Assembly (NCBI GenBank): GCA_017540175.1
Contig: JAFYBN010000059.1
Coordinates: 3,768-67,767, forward strand
Length of the DNA: 64,000 nt
Direction: 5' to 3'
From: Clostridia bacterium
Lineage (GTDB): Bacteria; Bacillota; Clostridia; Oscillospirales; CAG-272
In this document: positions 63,221 to 64,000 of the stretch, one piece after another
How positions within the stretch are numbered: position 1 is the first letter of the stretch
Layout: each line of letters opens with the position of its first letter
Notes under the pieces: generated by a model
What the model was told of the DNA's origin: nothing
Seen by the model: the letters and a program-made list of their open reading frames with translations, nothing else
The model's database searches: none
Made by a program: the position numbers and the translations under genes

Positions 63221-64000
63221 ATGAAAATCAAAGTGAAGGACATTCCCCTTGAAAAAGCGCTTGCAGAGCCGGAGCAGACTCACAAACAGCCGCTGCGGCC
63301 CAAGCGGTTCTGGCGCTGGCTGATCAAGACCCTGGCGGCGGGCGACATGAAAAAAACGCGGTTCACCGTCTCGAAAATCGGGATGGACCGGCTTGCTCAG
63401 AACGAGCCCTGCCTCGTCCTTATGAACCATTCCTGCTTTCTCGATCTCGAGATCGCCGAGACGATCCTGTACCCGCGTCCCTTGAATATTATCTGCACCT
63501 CGGACGGCTTTGTCGGCAAGGAGTGGCTGATGCGGCACATCGGGTGCATCCCGACGGAGAAATTCGTGCCCGATATCACCCTGCTGCGCGACATGAAATA
63601 CGCGCTCAAGGAACTCGGAAGCTCCATCCTCATGTACCCTGAGGCGAGCTATACCTTCGACGGCACGGCGACGCCCATGCCCGAATCCCTCGGCGGGACC
63701 CTGAAACTGCTCGGCGTCCCGGTCGTGACGATCATGACCGAAGGGGCCTTCCTGCGCGATCCGCTGTACAACGGACTGCAGCTGCGCGACGTGACGGTGA
63801 GCGCGGAGGTAAAATACCTGCTTTCCCCGGAGGAGATCAAGGAGAAAACCGCCGACGAGCTGAACGCGATTTTGAAAGAGGCGTTCACGTTCGACAATTT
63901 CCGCCGTCAGCAGGAAAAACGGGTGAAGGTTTCCGAACCTTTCCGCGCCGACGGGCTGAACCGCGTTCTGTATAAATGCCCGCACTGCCTGACGGAGGGC
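63221..64000 (+). CDS. PlsC-family acyltransferase (1-acyl-sn-glycerol-3-phosphate acyltransferase-like), 3'-truncated by the window end
   Basis: Open frame from the ATG at 63221 to the window end. HX4D motif NHSCFLD and a YPEASYTFDG block. Not in the ORF track because no stop falls in the window. Confidence 0.7.
   Translation, partial: MKIKVKDIPLEKALAEPEQTHKQPLRPKRFWRWLIKTLAAGDMKKTRFTVSKIGMDRLAQNEPCLVLMNHSCFLDLEIAETILYPRPLNIICTSDGFVGKEWLMRHIGCIPTEKFVPDITLLRDMKYALKELGSSILMYPEASYTFDGTATPMPESLGGTLKLLGVPVVTIMTEGAFLRDPLYNGLQLRDVTVSAEVKYLLSPEEIKEKTADELNAILKEAFTFDNFRRQQEKRVKVSEPFRADGLNRVLYKCPHCLTEG

Overview
This is a G+C-rich, densely coding chromosomal segment of a Firmicutes/Clostridia-type, probably spore-forming organism. 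Pointers are ctsR-mcsA-mcsB-clpC, a SpoIID-like gene, CsaB, and TTGACA-17-TATAAT promoters that often carry an extended TG. I could not run any database search; all calls come from reading the translated ORFs and the DNA.

Gene content, in order:
- The 3' end of rpoC and an acyl-CoA synthetase.
- A purine-salvage operon: xpt plus a BMP-family nucleoside-type ABC importer.
- An orphan P-loop protein.
- A ygiQ / GT4-CsaB operon and a GNAT.
- A sigma / anti-sigma (DUF4367-like) / lipoprotein operon.
- A complete sugar ABC operon (ATPase-permease-permease-SBP), a lipoprotein, a PLP decarboxylase and tRNA-Gln(CUG).
- A 12.7-kb operon (27.3-40.1 kb). It encodes a giant CBM-like/SBP protein, two MalF/MalG-type permease pairs, an NHL-propeller/Yip1 membrane protein and a DUF5696-like secreted protein, with no ATPase or regulator.
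- vanY, a YtqB/MnmM-like methyltransferase and iorBA.
- The class III heat-shock operon, a repeat lipoprotein, paaK and an aroE-aroK fusion.
- A SpoIID-like/PG-binding trio and an HTH protein fused to a 48-bp-periodic beta-helix repeat.
- A GATase/C26 hydrolase, thiI, a PflX-like radical SAM protein, a metallophosphoesterase and a partial acyltransferase.

No CRISPR array, transposase, integrase or recognisable defence genes are visible.

The items most worth follow-up are:
1. The 27.3-40.1 kb ABC-like assembly.
2. A DUF4234-like transmembrane module inserted inside the second nucleotide-binding domain of the BMP-system ATPase.
3. The HTH/beta-helix repeat fusion.
4. A cluster of perfect hairpins (REP-like element) at 54.8-55.0 kb.

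Many long ORFs in the six-frame track are antisense or alternate-frame shadows typical of high-GC DNA and were rejected.
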